Positions 52,501 to 59,220 of a stretch of DNA of 64,000 bases are shown in pieces; within the stretch, counting starts at the first letter, position 1; each line of letters starts with the position of its first letter. The position numbers and the translations under genes are program-made. The notes beneath the pieces were generated by a model. The model did no database searches and was not told the DNA's origin. It was given only the letters and a program-made list of their open reading frames with translations. The DNA comes from a virus: the IMG/VR virus record IMGVR_UViG_3300021963_009201, positions 1-64,000 of that record; one strand, written 5' to 3'.

Positions 52501-52817
52501 CTATTGGTGCGGGTGTGGATGGAAGATTTGGTTCTAAGGATAAGTACGGCCGAACGCTTGCTGTCGTATTTCATAATGGTGATTACGACAAATTGGCATC
52601 AAGCGCCGAAAAAGAAAGGCAGAGAAGAGATTCTCTACTAAGAAACGCTTCTTCGTGGCCTTTGATTCCCTGGGATTCATTTACCGCAGATGGTAGGACT
52701 TACACTGTTAATTGGGAAATAGTTGTTTCTGGATTAGCTTATACAGATATGGGCGGAGTTAAGGCTGGGGACCCTGACGCTAGGTATAGTTCGGGAAACT
52801 TTACTGGGGGTAATTGA
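43527..52817 (+). CDS. Giant baseplate hub (gp27/gpD-like) with internal RlpA-like barrel and C-terminal thermonuclease domain, 3096 aa
   Basis: TTG start; hub motifs VHMRMGYG...VFNG.IT.V....VEVIAQS and IIGRADIRPHD.V.L.D....YG.FEVE.VTH.F....GFVT.ITP; SNase motifs near the C-terminus. Confidence 0.75.
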   Translation: MSEYSAEDVIDVLIIAFEFPPSDVYGPMERYLLSIGKVWIQSEDPIGASIKLTETQALNAVKHFLKNREVVAGGTSDGSDYDSSLPYDEEVVKKALSEANRTSLSGQSSDSIKRIIQNLDDLFGFGVILREKESIEGIVSFLQSPEGIGNFSKLSYDARVALNNLLSLRDNGDFHSKRLYNLALSVLPQLNRLLDSYVDLQKKEEQYVKDNGVDPTTLFANSFMSVFSEKPLQMALFYKENTQRRISEAFAQQFQRPNNDPQPVQPWEMRIGGSKFFVPPIDVKVSQFFKTGSLTGGAIRQASSPKFNSGHSETAIQTTIYFPSLESIWGIITSEEKPEVFLNFDDINKTSDKDVDYFLSSLRGLIAQFKYAPFLPVRNQYLNQAWGITGVTLNSMTISTVENYPFCVAVTLNMMKFNHKVYLPMVEDFNQAVHWGRFRQYMGRAAMAMQNSYNLGFLTESLFGDIWDKIPFINRDKPKPDQDTFDTSDVSFSRPTKEGWAKDPTRIKFYYPSKTPMEIFAPDDSMFRQEREDETVGSSDYERDKSAWELLLGKLGIDVDVYPESVYDNVKNYSQRFTTYQNEWTYLGQYLKFNSLVVLNMTQDKLIKYLNERISTLEKEGTIKNDADKNNYTSAIVQRWYDFMFGGFKDTVFYRKLLENTQYRNGSFTINEWDVPMEEMAFDAKSVFVQGISVSLSNNFAKHQVQLQDEPTYQHIGGGDNRVDISMIVVGEDNLIRIRRMFDKIGGLARLEHAHGVLGFLGVKNELTALAGMKYLMPLTYEVDTIPGYPRVYNVRLSFIDFDIFQQKREKLSSDLQVGLKDLFGKRNPFLRVKQVWSRFNAYPDFPLTIRDEKDDKVIGTIDPDFYFRAFTTFDDDLTYWGSLPKGEESPIASMNSDGTFQINPKKDDVTAKLAQASGEVKTEQYTVNKKNTVSTYPLELYFNMLTTGDGQDTSAIVKLANAGELIVGTQQQNEDPKFPTTGKPVKMTEDTAVATQTEPSIAGLTPGAQIQNPYANATNDPSTQYELIMNDAKYRDINGRMIRAFPTYMLWLIDEGGRFGGVKLFDNFYGLQSVVDFSINRSEDVLGDTLVLRLSNLYSKLSTQYKGFVKRQDGTENIVLDDDNGNTIESVADIPEYLIQTQENINSGMDDTYIVELDSIRLKPGVRVHMRMGYGANPNSLETVFNGVITQVQAGDIVEVIAQSDAIELSQYINTTNKKGHSGDIDGAIGTGFWLSEPRDLMVRLLSMGSSRFKEGFAHATRGQIFSESRFGIRHFGTILYEALTPNEKERHDKRYQAVTSRLQAVAGSDSVSKVLGASAGTIYDTTASDNEDSKNSLIGGSFSGFLGQGAVRTSTDESGKVSMPLLGLMQSMWTNFFTKRDFEIYKRNIYPGNGTGVAQYLGGDLLDSGPVLLEAAGSQAATDTFFNKDAKSIFSQFKSGEPGKDSRDQVIQNTILNLSLSGERIEDQVSPQNNAAPSNSDPNAPANQGASGRDPSSVTAATLLLGSVGEAVLMKRGALKNNPLLQALGLIQGGEADSDLNGFDEVSFRAQTYMKTVWDMFKLCAALLPNYIVAVRPFEDRSTVFYGKPHWLYTSGVIPLSTGVPKDDDKVKPEGPDAELERIMREATNLANPLADLENQMKFVKDISSSNPFTSFTGTQAPGTTNTPDSSSEVMTLPLESGGAKIPIRSGKVVMGKHLEGYNYNAPESNLSDAISRMTISEKAEIVTEYATAQKDELAKNSSRDPLTGEFSQEYIRRMNALDEILKNAIDEEEEKIDDFIKDPVNSGIRGRFLSDASSVHIELPQLPDVHKYANFRAGSLFVGFENGTPQITPEGEQWYIRMRWPYINWQDYLKRQWESPESGTGDPSKYWGKKVAVSLPDSGKVVVCYAIDGGPMDPAFRAEVSPDVYYALDLAGYPQKDCYFGFVDDNVRLGPVGGSLSTETGRRLDVSSIPVPTRAIVDGRSYETIVDPDQAFERLTSDTNAETLFGEQYYFINSFLYGWLAGGGNNNPRASGYYGNFDDANKENDAQFADKYISLLDNGIKGSIRADDNAIGAFDIVGEIARRIYDVDYNERRLELLKDSDIASNYLRDTGLTFDKLVEKANANYEAFNNARKFYGDYKGDTETTAEEIWDIFRKQWHIRTDKEYLEVKEAAIEFINQIGLPINDPNNALGFDENWYDGSTSGQGFDSSAESEAVDKVIFSTNMTKIVNNFKMLMWRLPYARAWLVITTGRTPDTGELLAASVGASVVTLNPVPAVAALATDALDDNPFDFKNSDITKLWRWYLGLNADGYKKNDTAVSALINAAALDNENSFNGFSSQINLSPDAKTGASIFANEALVGRFIEALKHYKRVGLKGNGAQQAIERIGQVWNQTIGAFFTLVSSALSGVVATFRLSLMQMGYGMGMLGAMQQQANILNRALNDSIYYSLGEPGSAIWLADNPFTREYGEPVIEIREPFQRFHYINSFQDIIDNGIQEKLDNIPTVVTASSDGKYPVTVYFDKGTSPEKQFEVGIETGLFWDNARGSGFFGFLHPLLHPFETMRGLAKSASGSSDEILSRRVGLSYLKESLKDIYGGEVVIIGRADIRPHDLVYLADTYERMYGIFEVEAVTHHFTSDMGFVTAITPNAVVTVNDPARWVYQSWIWGLFGVQNTRNHVRHLLSVTADRSSRVYNDVLAFVDSNGEVDMSGFAESIEDTIRGSVQFTGGNSGLVKDIASHAAAGYAVPSGSSYSIAPDSWEQSAQNIGSLFSSPGATFASWIPGVNKLLDVAWEGWTWVRDNLLDQHGCYIQYLSKDGQPMDAGLSFNQGVAVGHHHSINLLPGILGVEVDTTENGHRRITINDLMGSLGWSELEISSIQRQVSWWNNYWNARVLDYAGKGPDPVTLTRPNAYLAKVIAMSTDDDDGNGIVDGDTFSCQKLDADGNLTGSTFKIRLAGIDTAELDFKQDIQRNDSSQKAYIARQFLEKRLITDQVANGLEPIVAVRESIGAGVDGRFGSKDKYGRTLAVVFHNGDYDKLASSAEKERQRRDSLLRNASSWPLIPWDSFTADGRTYTVNWEIVVSGLAYTDMGGVKAGDPDARYSSGNFTGGN

Positions 52818-53728
52818 TGGCCCACTTTGATTTTTCTTTAAATGATTTCACTAATGAGAAAAATATCTCTAATGCCGTAATTAATAAGTCAAAAAATTAC
52901 ACACCAAATGGACAGGCTAAAGCGATAAAAACATCTTTTTCTCAACTTCCCTTAGACAAGCAAAGGCCTTTAACAACTACTAACGTTTCAGATATGCTCC
53001 AGGGCACAACGGTCTATAAGCCAATGGGTTTGATATACAATTCCTTTAATGATGTTTTGTCTAGGGATATACAGCTGGCAAGGAATGTGAAAGTTGGCGA
53101 TAGGTTGCTGTCTATGGATAAAGCCCATACAGGGCTGTTGCCTTACGATTCGAATAAGAGGGACGCTTCAATAGATATAGCTTCTAGCGTAAATGCCTTG
53201 ACAACCAGTGCGGGGTCAACTGGAACACCAGCAGCCGCAGACAATGGAACCACAACTTCTGCGGGAGGCCAAGGCTCTGGCCCCGGAACCGAGATATTTG
53301 TCCCGCCCGCTGGTAAATCGTGGCCTAAGGGCACACTTTCTATCGACGACGTTGCTAAACTAGTCATTGAAGTTGGAATTTCTGAAGACGCCCAAGCTGT
53401 ATTGGTAGCCATTTCTCATCGAGAGTCTAGCTTTAGGACTGGAGCCTATAATCCTGTTGGACTAGATAATTCTTGGGGTCTATGGCAGATTAATACTATT
53501 GACGGGGCAAGCCCGCAGTATCGACGTTATGACCTAACCGATCCTTATACAAATGCAAGAGTTATGGCTATCATGTCCGGTAGTGGGGCCAATCTGCATC
53601 CCTGGTATACCCAGCACGATGGCAGCAATGAACCTGGCTACAGTAGCGCATATAGTGTTCAAGACTTTTTGCCAGAAGCTATTGCCGCAGTTCAGAGGGT
53701 TAAGGCGCAGGGTTATAGGGCTGGGTAG
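52817..53728 (+). CDS. Lysozyme-like lytic transglycosylase (SLT/Rpf-like) with shared N-terminal domain
   Basis: TGATG overlap gives ATG 52817; AISHRESS (catalytic Glu), SWGLWQIN, L.DP..NA..M, HPW. Confidence 0.85.
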   Translation: MAHFDFSLNDFTNEKNISNAVINKSKNYTPNGQAKAIKTSFSQLPLDKQRPLTTTNVSDMLQGTTVYKPMGLIYNSFNDVLSRDIQLARNVKVGDRLLSMDKAHTGLLPYDSNKRDASIDIASSVNALTTSAGSTGTPAAADNGTTTSAGGQGSGPGTEIFVPPAGKSWPKGTLSIDDVAKLVIEVGISEDAQAVLVAISHRESSFRTGAYNPVGLDNSWGLWQINTIDGASPQYRRYDLTDPYTNARVMAIMSGSGANLHPWYTQHDGSNEPGYSSAYSVQDFLPEAIAAVQRVKAQGYRAG

Positions 53729-53759
53729 TCCAAATTGATACACAACCTGTTAATAACTA

Positions 53760-53768
53760 TTACTATAT
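53760..53768 (+). promoter_or_regulatory. TTACTATAT promoter-like motif
   Basis: Recurrent motif in the 122-nt intergenic gap before the amidase; a second TTACTAA lies at 53827. Confidence 0.45.
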
Positions 53769-53850
53769 CCAGTAGGGATTAGATGAATAAAGTAAAGAAC
53801 GTCAATATAAAAATTATTACATTTTCTTACTAAGATTGGCATAGAGACTG

Positions 53851-54855
53851 ATGGCCCACTTTGATTTTTCTTTAAATGATTTTACTAATGGGAAAAATAT
53901 TTCTAATGCTATTATTGGAGGAACTAAGAGTTACACGCCAACCGGAGAGGCAAAATGGTTGAGGACTACGTATTCCATGGTAGACGCAAAAGCTCAACAG
54001 TCTTTAACAACCGCGTCTGTTTCGGATATACTTCAGGGAAATTTGCTACTTAAACCTGTTGCCCTTAATTATACGCAGTTTAATGAAGTTACTTCTAGTA
54101 TATCGAAAGTCGCTAATACTACTAAAGTTCAAGATAAGGTTGGAGCGCTTGGTTATAGGAAATACCTTGCTGGATTCGACACGGTCGGCGCCGTAAATAG
54201 TCTTATTAATCTTAATATTAATACTACAACATCGCCTAATAGTATTACGCCAACATCTCCAAGCCCAACTGGTGCATCAAGTATCCGCCCTATTGCGGGC
54301 GGTTACTACCTAATTAACCACCCACCTGCAAGTCCGCAATTCCACGAAAGTAGGAATAACGGCCTTAGTGGCGGTGTGGTTTTGCACACCACCGAAGGTG
54401 GCGGAGGTTATCAGTCGGCGGAAGCAACGGCAGCCTTTATATCGCGCAGATCAGACCCTGGATCGTACCATTGCATAGTGGATTCCGAACCAAATACGGC
54501 TGTCTATATGATGCCAGACAATTATACAGCCTTTGGTGTAGCTACTCCCGGATTTAATAGTAGGTGCTGGAATATCGCAATAGCGGCAAATTCTGCAGAT
54601 TTGAACCCAAGTAGCCCAGAAACATTAACCGAAATCGACAATATGGGTAGAGAAATTGTTGCGTTCTGGGCTAGGAATAGTATAGACCCAACACAGGGTG
54701 TCAGGTTTGTCGGGAATGGAGTTAAAGATGGGCCAGGTCTTGCACATCACGGGGATGTTCAGCCGGGAGACAGGTCAGACGCATGGGCTCGCCGAGAAGA
54801 TAGGGAGCTTTTTGATGCTTTATTATTGCAGGCTATAGCTCGCCATGCTATTTAG
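53851..54855 (+). CDS. N-acetylmuramoyl-L-alanine amidase (Amidase_2-like) with shared N-terminal domain
   Basis: VVLHTTEG (Zn-binding His), SYHCIVD, LAHHGDV...DRSD. Confidence 0.82.
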   Translation: MAHFDFSLNDFTNGKNISNAIIGGTKSYTPTGEAKWLRTTYSMVDAKAQQSLTTASVSDILQGNLLLKPVALNYTQFNEVTSSISKVANTTKVQDKVGALGYRKYLAGFDTVGAVNSLINLNINTTTSPNSITPTSPSPTGASSIRPIAGGYYLINHPPASPQFHESRNNGLSGGVVLHTTEGGGGYQSAEATAAFISRRSDPGSYHCIVDSEPNTAVYMMPDNYTAFGVATPGFNSRCWNIAIAANSADLNPSSPETLTEIDNMGREIVAFWARNSIDPTQGVRFVGNGVKDGPGLAHHGDVQPGDRSDAWARREDRELFDALLLQAIARHAI

Positions 54856-54868
54856 GTAGGTTGATATA

Positions 54869-55702
54869 ATGGCACACTTTAATTTTAGTTTAAAAGATTT
54901 TGCCAACGGTAAGAATATTAGTAATTCTATTATCGATAATCAAAAAAACTATACTCCAAGCGGTGAAGCTAAATGGTTGAGTACTACCTACTCAAAAACC
55001 CCGGTCAAAGCTAACACTTCAATGACTACAGCAAATATCTCCGATATATTACAGGGGCAACTCTTGTATAAGGATCCTGGATTAGTTGCTACTCAGTTTA
55101 ATGAAGTTTTATCTTCAGATATGGCAAAATTGCTCAGCGCCAGTGTGGACGGTAAAAATACTTACATTACCAAACCTATGGCACAGTTAGTTGGATACGA
55201 TATACCGGCACAGTCCGATATTGGTTCTATTATCGTGAACAATATAGGTACGGCCTCAGCAGGGACTAATGCATCGAGATCTCCTGCTACTGGCGCCCCA
55301 AATACTGGAGGTGGTCAGACGGGGGTACCGACCCCAATTCCAGAAAGTGGTACTGCGGTAGAATTCGCCCTTTCTCGTATAGGTTGCAGGTATGTTTGGG
55401 CGGCAGAAGGTCCCGATACTTTTGACTGCTCGGGTTTAGTAACTTGGTCTTATAGGAAGGTCGGGATAAATCTGCCCCATTACAGCGGTGCCCAATACAA
55501 TATAACCCAAAGGATAACTGAAGAGCAGCTTCAGTCGGGAGACCTGATTTTCTGGGGGGGGAATGGAAGTGAGCATTGTTCCATCTATATTGGGAACAAT
55601 GAGATGGTTCACGCTTTTGATGGCGTGCAAAAAACGCTTTTTATATTTTCTTATGGATACTGGTGGAAAAAGCCGTCTGGATATGGTCGAGTTGTAAGAT
55701 AG
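54869..55702 (+). CDS. NlpC/P60 peptidoglycan endopeptidase with shared N-terminal domain
   Basis: YVW..EGP..FDCSGL...LPHYS..Q...GDLIFW....HCSIYIG...MVHA. Confidence 0.9.
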   Translation: MAHFNFSLKDFANGKNISNSIIDNQKNYTPSGEAKWLSTTYSKTPVKANTSMTTANISDILQGQLLYKDPGLVATQFNEVLSSDMAKLLSASVDGKNTYITKPMAQLVGYDIPAQSDIGSIIVNNIGTASAGTNASRSPATGAPNTGGGQTGVPTPIPESGTAVEFALSRIGCRYVWAAEGPDTFDCSGLVTWSYRKVGINLPHYSGAQYNITQRITEEQLQSGDLIFWGGNGSEHCSIYIGNNEMVHAFDGVQKTLFIFSYGYWWKKPSGYGRVVR

Positions 55703-55728
55703 TTTATTCGGATAATACAATTACAACT

Positions 55729-55737
55729 TTACTATAA
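55729..55737 (+). promoter_or_regulatory. TTACTATAA promoter-like motif
   Basis: 22 nt upstream of ATG 55760; GGAG RBS in between. Confidence 0.45.
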
Positions 55738-55759
55738 GTAAGAGCCTAGTGGAGAAGTT

Positions 55760-56137
55760 ATGAATATCGCGAACAATCCAAAATTTAACCAATATATAGA
55801 TTCCAAAATTCAAACTTCTGATGAAACAAGGAATATAGATAGGTTCGGTGTTGTTTTATCGTACAATGGCGTGACTAATACGGCTACTGTATTGATGTCT
55901 TCGCCTAGTACTGAATCGGCTGGCGATATAATAGAAAATGTACCGTGCCCTGTGTTGATGGGTATACAGATGGCAGCCCCAGAGCCAGGCCGTCCGTGTT
56001 GGGTTTGCTTTAAAGGTAATCGCGGAGAAAAGTATCCAATGATCAGCCATTTTTTTAACCATGATTTTGAAAAGTACGACTACCAAAGGCACACGGCAGC
56101 TTCTACTGGTATCCCCTTCTATATGTTGAGTATGTGA
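55760..56137 (+). CDS. Baseplate spike OB-fold protein (gp5/gpV N-terminal-like)
   Basis: GVV.SY....TATV...IENVP.P...G....P.PG..CWV.F..N...YP.I pattern. Confidence 0.65.
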   Translation: MNIANNPKFNQYIDSKIQTSDETRNIDRFGVVLSYNGVTNTATVLMSSPSTESAGDIIENVPCPVLMGIQMAAPEPGRPCWVCFKGNRGEKYPMISHFFNHDFEKYDYQRHTAASTGIPFYMLSM

Positions 56138-56490
56138 TGACTACATTTAATCGGCCTAATGAGGCTTTATTTCAGAAAAGTAAATATAGCCCTACCGAAG
56201 TTGGTATAACACACCAAGCAGTACCAGCATATATACGACTTTGTGATAATGGCGATATAGAAATCATGGCTGGTGAGGGGATAGGGCTTGTCTTGCATGC
56301 AGCTAATAAAAGTGTCACTATCATAGCCGATAGTATTAAGATGATGACGAAAGAGGACGGTTTAAGGTGGAATGATCACCACTTCAACCCAAATGGCTCA
56401 GAATGGACAGAGCCTGCCCTTCTCAAAAAAGATTTACAGCAAATGCGCGGAGTGTTTGACGGTATTGAAGATTACATTGGCGGCCAATGA
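56137..56490 (+). CDS. Probable baseplate spike beta-stranded part
   Basis: Alternating beta pattern YIRLCDNGDIEI.AG..G..L......VTI.AD.I; lies between the OB-fold and gp25-like genes. Confidence 0.45.
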   Translation: MTTFNRPNEALFQKSKYSPTEVGITHQAVPAYIRLCDNGDIEIMAGEGIGLVLHAANKSVTIIADSIKMMTKEDGLRWNDHHFNPNGSEWTEPALLKKDLQQMRGVFDGIEDYIGGQ

Positions 56491-56870
56491 TGGACCTTTA
56501 TTTTTCTGAATCTGGTGATCTAAAACTGTCCCCAACTAGAGATTTAGCCCTTACCGACACCGGGTGGAGAGAGAAGGCACAAACCGCATACATGATAGTT
56601 CAGACTGAGCCGGGCGATTTTACGCTTTATCCAAGGTTTGGGGCAAATTTGTCGGAACTTTATGGAATGCCACAATCTGCAGAAACTGGCGAGTACGGTA
56701 AAAAAATTATCGAAGATGCTTTAACTAGATACAACTCGTTTAAAAATTCGGAAATTAATGTGGTGGCAATTCCAACTGGTCCACAAACTATAAGATTTGA
56801 CATTTATATTATTAATGGTTCTAAAAAACAAATGACTATCTCTGTCGAGCAAAAACTAGGATTGACATAA
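56487..56870 (+). CDS. Baseplate wedge gp25-like (sheath initiator)
   Basis: DLYF...GDL...DLAL...TE.GD...YP.FG.NL.EL.G...I..AL. Confidence 0.75.
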   Translation: MMDLYFSESGDLKLSPTRDLALTDTGWREKAQTAYMIVQTEPGDFTLYPRFGANLSELYGMPQSAETGEYGKKIIEDALTRYNSFKNSEINVVAIPTGPQTIRFDIYIINGSKKQMTISVEQKLGLT

Positions 56871-56871
56871 A

Positions 56872-58014
56872 ATGGCTGTTTATTTTAAAAAAACAAGAGA
56901 TCAAATTTTACAAGAAGCTTTAGCAAAAATAAAAGATAGGACATTAATAAGTGCAACAAATCCAGGTTCGGTAACAAGGGCAATTACCGAAGCTATAACA
57001 ACAGAGCTTGGTGATTTCTACGATATCTTGGACGCAAATATAAGTCAGTCTCTTATATCGACCGCCTCTGGTCGGGCCTTGGATAGCCTTGGGTCTATTT
57101 ATGATATAAAAAGAAAAACTCTTAGTGATATAGCAAAAGCTGATCAAAGAATTGGATCATTTTATTTCTATGTCGAAAATACTCATGAGTCACCAATTAT
57201 TATCCCATCAGGTACAAAAGTGTTTACTAGTTCCGTAGGTTATGTTGGTAGGCAACTTGCTTTTTCTACAGATTATGAGGTAACTATTCCGGTTGGGTCA
57301 CTGCGTGCGTATGTTTCTATAACTCCTCTTTTTTCTGATAATATTTTTACAGCTCCTAAAGGGACCTTGATATCTAACGATTACATAAGTCCGACAAATA
57401 CGCTGGTTAAGTGCACAAACCCGAAACAGATCGCGGCATCAGATGCTTATGAGACTGACGCGGACTACCGTGCAAGAATCATTAAGGGTATTAGGGTGGC
57501 ATCTTCCGGGACAATTGAAGCTGTCAGGTTCGCCGGACTGAACGTTGAGGGTGTAAGAGATATTAAAATACGTCAATCCCCATATGGCCTGGGCTCTTTT
57601 GAGGTTATGGTTGTTTCAGAGCAGGAGAATATAGCTGCAACAGTAACCCGACAAGTTAGAACTGTGATAGAGAATGTAAGGCCTGTTGGTGTTACTATGT
57701 TCGTTAGGTCTCCTGTCCTCAGACCTCTAGACATGAGCGTCTCAGTTATGAGTAACGTTGTTAATTCGCCTGAATACGCTAATTTACGTGACCGAATTAG
57801 GATAGCAATTACAAGATATTTGAATACACTAATGCCTGGTGATACTATAGTCTACAATAAGATGATACAGGAAATGATGGATTCATCTGGTATAATAAAA
57901 GATATTCAAGTTTTGAGATATGCGCCAAATGGCGTTGATTCTATAAGGAGAAATTACACTCCTAAAGAATATGAGCAAGTAGTTCCAGGTAATATTCAGG
58001 TTTCAATATCCTAA
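56872..58014 (+). CDS. Baseplate J-like wedge protein
   Basis: PGSVTRAI...TASG.ALD.LG...I.R...ETDADYRARI...GT.EA...A...V.GV..RPVGV. Confidence 0.88.
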   Translation: MAVYFKKTRDQILQEALAKIKDRTLISATNPGSVTRAITEAITTELGDFYDILDANISQSLISTASGRALDSLGSIYDIKRKTLSDIAKADQRIGSFYFYVENTHESPIIIPSGTKVFTSSVGYVGRQLAFSTDYEVTIPVGSLRAYVSITPLFSDNIFTAPKGTLISNDYISPTNTLVKCTNPKQIAASDAYETDADYRARIIKGIRVASSGTIEAVRFAGLNVEGVRDIKIRQSPYGLGSFEVMVVSEQENIAATVTRQVRTVIENVRPVGVTMFVRSPVLRPLDMSVSVMSNVVNSPEYANLRDRIRIAITRYLNTLMPGDTIVYNKMIQEMMDSSGIIKDIQVLRYAPNGVDSIRRNYTPKEYEQVVPGNIQVSIS

Positions 58015-58028
58015 GGATGGTTTTGTAA

Positions 58029-59210
58029 GTGAGAGTTTGCGCAGGGCCGGACTGTACCGACGAGTTCGAACCGGTAGTTCATAACCAAAAGTATTGTGGT
58101 CCAGTATGTAAAAGGGCCGCAGAAAATGCGGCAAAAAGAAAAGCTTTTACCGAAGATGTGGCACAGGCAGTAGTTAAGAGTGTCGCACCTGCATACATTG
58201 AACTAGATGATGAAGAGGAAAGAATTGATTTCCTTCAGAAAGAAGTATTGAGGCTATCAAGATTAGCAGATAAAAGAAAATCAGCTAAAAATGAAATTGT
58301 CGACGTAACATACCAGGCAGCGTTTGATGCATTTTCAGATTTTCAACTACCATCAATATCTAAACCCTCATATCGCAAATCTGGTCCAGGCGACGAAGAG
58401 GTTGCGGTAGCAGTCTGTGCTGACTGGCAGCTCGGAAAGGTTACTCCTAGTTATAATTCCGAAGTATGTAGGGAAAGGATTGAGCTTTTTGGCGACAAGA
58501 TACTTTCTATTACAGAAATGCAGAGGGCAGATCACCCGGTAAAAGATATTCACCTTTGGTTCCTTGGGGATATAGTTGAGGGTGAAGAGATTTTTGCTGG
58601 ACAAAGCCATTTATTAGATTCTGGCATATATAGGCAGGTGGGCGTTAACGGTCCAGAAATTATATCAGATCTAATCCTTAAGCTACTGACCGGTTTTGAG
58701 AATGTTCATGTTGTAGGCGTTATAGGTAACCATGGATCTATAGGTGGGCGTGGCCGAAGAGATTATAACGGCGAAACAAATATGGATCGCCTACTCTATA
58801 AGATAGTTCAGTATATCTTTAAGGATGAAAAAAGAGTAACGTTTAACATACCCGATGGTCATGGTGAAAGACATTTTTATGCAATTGACTCAATTGGCGA
58901 GTATGAAACACTCCTAATTCATGGCGACCAATTCCCTCCGCCAACCACAACGCACGCATATTACAAGAAAGTAATGGGCTGGAAAGACGGTGCAATACCA
59001 GAAAGTTTCCAAGATGTTTACATGGGGCATTACCACCAAAATGCTAAGATGACACTCGGCAACACTATTTTACGGGTATCTGGTTCACCAGAAAGCTATA
59101 ACACATATGCTCAGGAAGTTCTTGCTGCAATGGGTAGGCCGTCACAAAATTTGCAATTCATACACCCAATTAACGGTGTAACAGGTGAGTATACTGTTTG
59201 GCTAGACTGA
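58029..59210 (+). CDS. Calcineurin-like metallophosphoesterase with N-terminal C4 zinc finger
   Basis: C-x4-C...C-x3-C at the N-terminus; ADWQLG, GDIVEG, GNHG, IHGD and GHYH motifs. Confidence 0.85.
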   Translation: MRVCAGPDCTDEFEPVVHNQKYCGPVCKRAAENAAKRKAFTEDVAQAVVKSVAPAYIELDDEEERIDFLQKEVLRLSRLADKRKSAKNEIVDVTYQAAFDAFSDFQLPSISKPSYRKSGPGDEEVAVAVCADWQLGKVTPSYNSEVCRERIELFGDKILSITEMQRADHPVKDIHLWFLGDIVEGEEIFAGQSHLLDSGIYRQVGVNGPEIISDLILKLLTGFENVHVVGVIGNHGSIGGRGRRDYNGETNMDRLLYKIVQYIFKDEKRVTFNIPDGHGERHFYAIDSIGEYETLLIHGDQFPPPTTTHAYYKKVMGWKDGAIPESFQDVYMGHYHQNAKMTLGNTILRVSGSPESYNTYAQEVLAAMGRPSQNLQFIHPINGVTGEYTVWLD

Positions 59211-59220
59211 TAAGGGTTGG

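Noticed and set aside
52817-55702. Conventional lysis cassette (endolysins)
   Set aside because: No holin or membrane protein nearby, the genes sit between hub and spike, and they share an N-terminal non-catalytic domain; a virion role is more parsimonious, though not proven.
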